Source: Lama guanicoe (Eukaryota). From it: DNA of 64,000 nucleotides. The DNA lies in the NCBI GenBank assembly GCA_013239625.1, contig MU054001.1, positions 6,621,078-6,685,077 of the forward strand, written 5' to 3'. Positions 60,103 through 64,000 of this stretch are shown piece after piece (within the stretch, counting starts at the first letter, position 1; the number at the start of each line of letters is the position of its first letter). Made by a program: the position numbers and the translations under genes. The notes under the pieces were generated by a model. That model was given only the letters and a program-made list of their open reading frames with translations. It searched no databases and had not been told where the DNA came from.

Positions 60103-63100
60103 TTTTATGTCCTTCTATGTTTTATAGTTTTCATTCTTACATTTAGGTCTTCGATCCACTTTGAGTTACTTTTTTAATACGGTATAAGGTAAGACCCAGC
60201 TTCATTCTTTTGCATGTGAATATACAGTTTTTGCAGAATCATTTGTTCAGAGGACAGTCCTTTCCTCTTTTAATGATCTTGGCAGCCTCGTCAAAAATCA
60301 ATTGACCATAGATGTGAGGGTTTATTTAGGAGGCTGTTTATTCCATTGATCTATCTGTCTATCCTAACGCCAGTACCAACTGTTTTGATCACTGCAGCTT
60401 TGTAGTAAGTTTTGAAATCAGGAAGAGTGAGTTCTTCACCTTTGTTCTTCTTTTTCAAGATTGTTTTGGCTACGCAGGGTCCCTTGAGATTCCATGAATC
60501 TTAAAATAGATTTTTTTCTATTTCTGCAAAAACTACTTTTGTAATTTTGATAGGAATGACGATGAGTCTATGGATGCTTTGAGTAGTATTGTTACCTTAA
60601 CAATATTAAGTCTTCCAATCCATGAACTTTGGCTATCTTCCCATTTGTTATCCTCTTTAATTTCTTTCAGCAATGTTTTACACTTTTCAGTGTACACATT
60701 TTGCATCTCCTTGGTTAAGTTTTTTCCTAAGAATTTTATTCTTACCAGTGTGTTGTAAATATTACATTTGTTCGTTGCTAGTATATGGAAATGCAACTGA
60801 TTTTTGTTGACTTTGTATCCTGTAACTTTGCTGAATTTATTTAGTGTGTGTGTATGTGTGTGTGTGTGTCTGGTCTTTTTAGGGTTTTATACATGTAAAA
60901 TCAGGTCATACGAACAGAGATAACTTTACATTTTCCCTTCCAATTTGGATCCATTTTATTTCCTTTTCTTGCCTAATAGCTCTGGCTAGAACTTCTAGGA
61001 CTATATTGAACAGAAGTGAAGGCAGACTTCCTTGTCTTGTTCCTGAGCTTAGAGGTAAAGCTTTCAACTTTTTACCATGAGTATGATGTCTGTGGGGTTT
61101 TTATATATGGCTTTATCATGTTGAAAATTTTTCTTCCATTCCTGCTTTATGGAGTGTTTTATCATGAAAGGGTGTTGAATTTTGTCAAATGCTTTTTCTG
61201 ATTTAATTGAGATGATCATGTGGGGTTTTCCTCTTCATTCTGTTACTGTGGTATATTACACTGATTTTTGTATGTTGAACCATCATTATGTCCCACTTGG
61301 TCATGGTGTGTAATCCTTTTAATAGGTTGATGAATTCAGTGCTAGTATTTTATTGAGAATTTTTGCATCGATACACATAAAGGGTATTGATCTGTAGTTT
61401 TATTTCCTTGAAGTTCTTTGTCTGGTTTTGATGTCAGAGTAATGTTGACCCATAAATGAGTAAAACGTGATCCTTCCTCTTCAACTTTTTGGAAGAGTTT
61501 GAGGATTGGTGTTAATTCTTCTTATGTGTTTAGTAGAATTCATGAGTGAAGCCATCTGGTCCAGGGCTTTTCTTTGTCGGTAGGCTTTTTGATTACTGAT
61601 CCAGTCTCCTCGCTATTTAGTGATCTGTTGAGATTGTCTTCCTTTTTGTTCGGCTTTGGTAGATTATGTATTTCTAGGAATTTGTCTGCCTCCTCTAGGT
61701 GGGCTGTTGTTTGGCATATAAATTGTTCTTAGTATTCTCTTCTATTCCTGTTTATATCTGTAAAATTTACACTAATGTCCCCACTTACCTTTCTGATTTT
61801 AGTAATTTGAGTCTTTTTTTCTCTTTTTCTTAGCCAGTGTAACTAAAGTTTTGCCAATTTTGTTGCTCTTTTCAAGGAACCAATTCTGGGATATTTTATT
61901 TTCTTGAGTTTTTTTCTCTGTTTATCTCTGCTTTAATCTTTATTGCTTTAATACTTCTGACAGAGGCAAGGAACTTTGAGTTTAGTTTGAGTAAAGTTTA
62001 AGAACTTTAGTTTTCCCAGTTACTGATTTGAGCTCTTTCTCCTGTTTTTAATGTATGCATATATAGCTGTAGATTTCTTTCTTAGCACTGCTTTCACTGC
62101 TTCCCGTAAGCTTTGGTATGTTGTGTTTTCATTCTCTTTTGGCTCAAGGCATTTTCTAATTTCCCTTATGATTTCTGCTTTGACCTACTGGTTGGTTAAG
62201 AGTATGTAGTTTAATTTCCACGTATTTGTGAATTTTCCATTTTTCCTTTTGTTAGTGATTTTTAGTTGCATTTCATTGTGACTGGAAACAATATTTTATA
62301 AAAGTCTTTTAAAATTCAGAATTTTTTTGGTGACCTGTCATATGGTCTGTCCTGGAGAATGTTCCATGTGCACTTGAGGAAAGTGTATATTCTGATGTTC
62401 TTGGGTGGGGTTTTATTTTCTATGTCTGTTAGGTTCAGTTGGTTTATAGTATCATTCACATCCTTTATTTCCTTGTTGATCTTCTGGTGTGGTTCTGTTC
62501 AGTATTGAAAGTGGAGTATTGATGCTTTCAACTGTTATAGCAGAACTATCTAATTCTCCCTTAAATTCTGACAATGTTTGCTTCTTATATTTGGAGGGCT
62601 CTGATTTTTGTTCCATATATATTTATAATTATTATATCTTCTTGGTGAATTGACCCTTTTATCAATATTCAGTGTCTTTTGTCAGTTGCGAGTTTTGACT
62701 TCGTCTTTTCTCTAGTAGAGGCACACCATATTTTCTTTGATAGAGGCACACCACATTTTATTGCACTTCCCTTTATTGTGCTTTACAGATACTGTATTTC
62801 TTACAGTGAAGATTTGTGGCAACCCTGTGTTGAACAAGTCTGTTGGCACCATTTTTTCCACATCTGCTCACTTGGTGTCTGATTCCCATTTTGGTACTTC
62901 CCACAGTACTTCAGACTTTTTCATTATTATTACACTTGTTATGGTCATCAGTGATCTTTAATGTTACCATTGCAAATAGATCATGACTTGCTCTTACAAT
63001 GTTTAGCATTTTTTGACAATAAAGTATTTTTAACTTTGTATTATGTGTATTCAATGTATATACATTGTTGTTTAGACATAATGCTGTTGCACACTAACTA

Positions 63101-63620
63101 GACTACAGTATAGGGTAAACATAACTTTTAATGCACTGGGAAACCGGACAGTTGATGAGACTCACTCTATTGGACTGCCCGCTTCATTGTGGTGATCTGG
63201 AACCAAACCTGCAGTCTCCCGAGATGTGCCTGTATTTGCGTCGCCATCTCAGCTCTCTTTTGGTAACTGTTTGTGTGGAATATCTTTCTCCATCCTTTAA
63301 CTTTCAACATATTTGTGCCTTTAGATCTAAAATGACTGTCTTTTAGAGCACTATGTAGTTGGATCTTGTCTTTTCATCTGTTCTGCCAATCTCTGCCTTT
63401 TGAATGGAGAGTTTTATTCACTTATATTGAAATTTCCTTACTAATGATGAAGGACTTTTGCCATTTTGCTGTTTGTTTTCTGTGTGTCTTATAGCTTTAT
63501 CATCCTGCATTTCTTTCGTTAGAAGCCTTCTTTTGTGTTTAGTTGACTTTTTTGCAGTGACACGTTTGGATTTCCTTTTGTGTATATGCTTTAGATATTT
63601 TCCTTGTGGTTACAATGGGA
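60103..63620 (-). mobile_element. Old L1 ORF2 remnant interrupted by Tigger1
   Basis: KTLLKEIKED...SWIGRLNIVKVTIL on the - strand; continuous antisense ORF2-like sequence. Confidence 0.88.
62743..63232 (+). mobile_element. Internally deleted Tigger1
   Basis: TA|gaggcacacc...gaagatttgtggcaaccctg...gagatgtgcctg|TA; homologous to 10715-13236. Confidence 0.88.
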
Positions 63621-64000
63621 GTTTTGTTTTTTTATGATTGCTTAAATCTTTAAAAGTCATCTTTACTATTTTATGAACATGCAGGAACTTTTTCATATTA
63701 AAGGATGCTGTAGCTCGTATGTCGACACACTGACCTAGCTTAAAAATGAGAACTGATTTTAGAGTTCTTCCCTTAAACTCCTGGTAATTCACATGAACAA
63801 ATCCCCACAAGGAAAATTGGTTCTGCTGCCTTTGTATCTCCTGTAAGAATACAAGTAACTTGTTAGTACTTCCTGATGATTATTTTGTTGATTTGGCTCA
63901 TTGTAAGTGCAGATCATATTGCATTAGCTTTCACAAAAACTGCTTTCTCACCATCATGGTTTTGACTTGATTTTCAAAGGCCCTTAACTTTAATCTACAT

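Noticed and set aside
1..64000. CRISPR arrays, operons or other prokaryote-type systems
   Set aside because: The window is intron-rich mammalian DNA with no regular repeat-spacer structure or compact gene cluster.

Overview
Mammalian genomic DNA, most likely from a camelid (two Vic-1-type tRNA-derived SINEs; no Alu, Bov-tA/BovB or PRE-1 seen). Two genes lie head-to-tail on the + strand. The first is the last four coding exons and 3'UTR of ITFG1 (LINKIN/TIP; 1976-8286, poly(A) signals out to about 9660). The second is the CpG-island promoter and coding exons 1-7 of NETO2 (kainate-receptor auxiliary subunit; signal peptide, CUB1, CUB2; 22697-54674), whose LDLa, TM and cytoplasmic exons lie beyond the window. 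Most of the rest is interspersed repeat: L1 of several ages, L2, MIR, MaLR/ERVL LTRs, Tigger/MER DNA transposons and microsatellites. I found no evidence of a wholly new biological system. The best leads concern RNA processing: a stop-free in-frame 84-nt intron and an alternative donor at the NETO2 CUB1-CUB2 linker, a strong duplicate splice acceptor that would remove the ITFG1 cytoplasmic tail, a possible CUB1-only secreted NETO2 isoform, and strong-context uORFs. There are also several unusual transposon structures: a TSD-flanked chimeric L1, a head-to-head MITE hairpin and a twin-primed L1. Repeat subfamily names and ortholog comparisons come from recognition or memory, and repeat boundaries are approximate.
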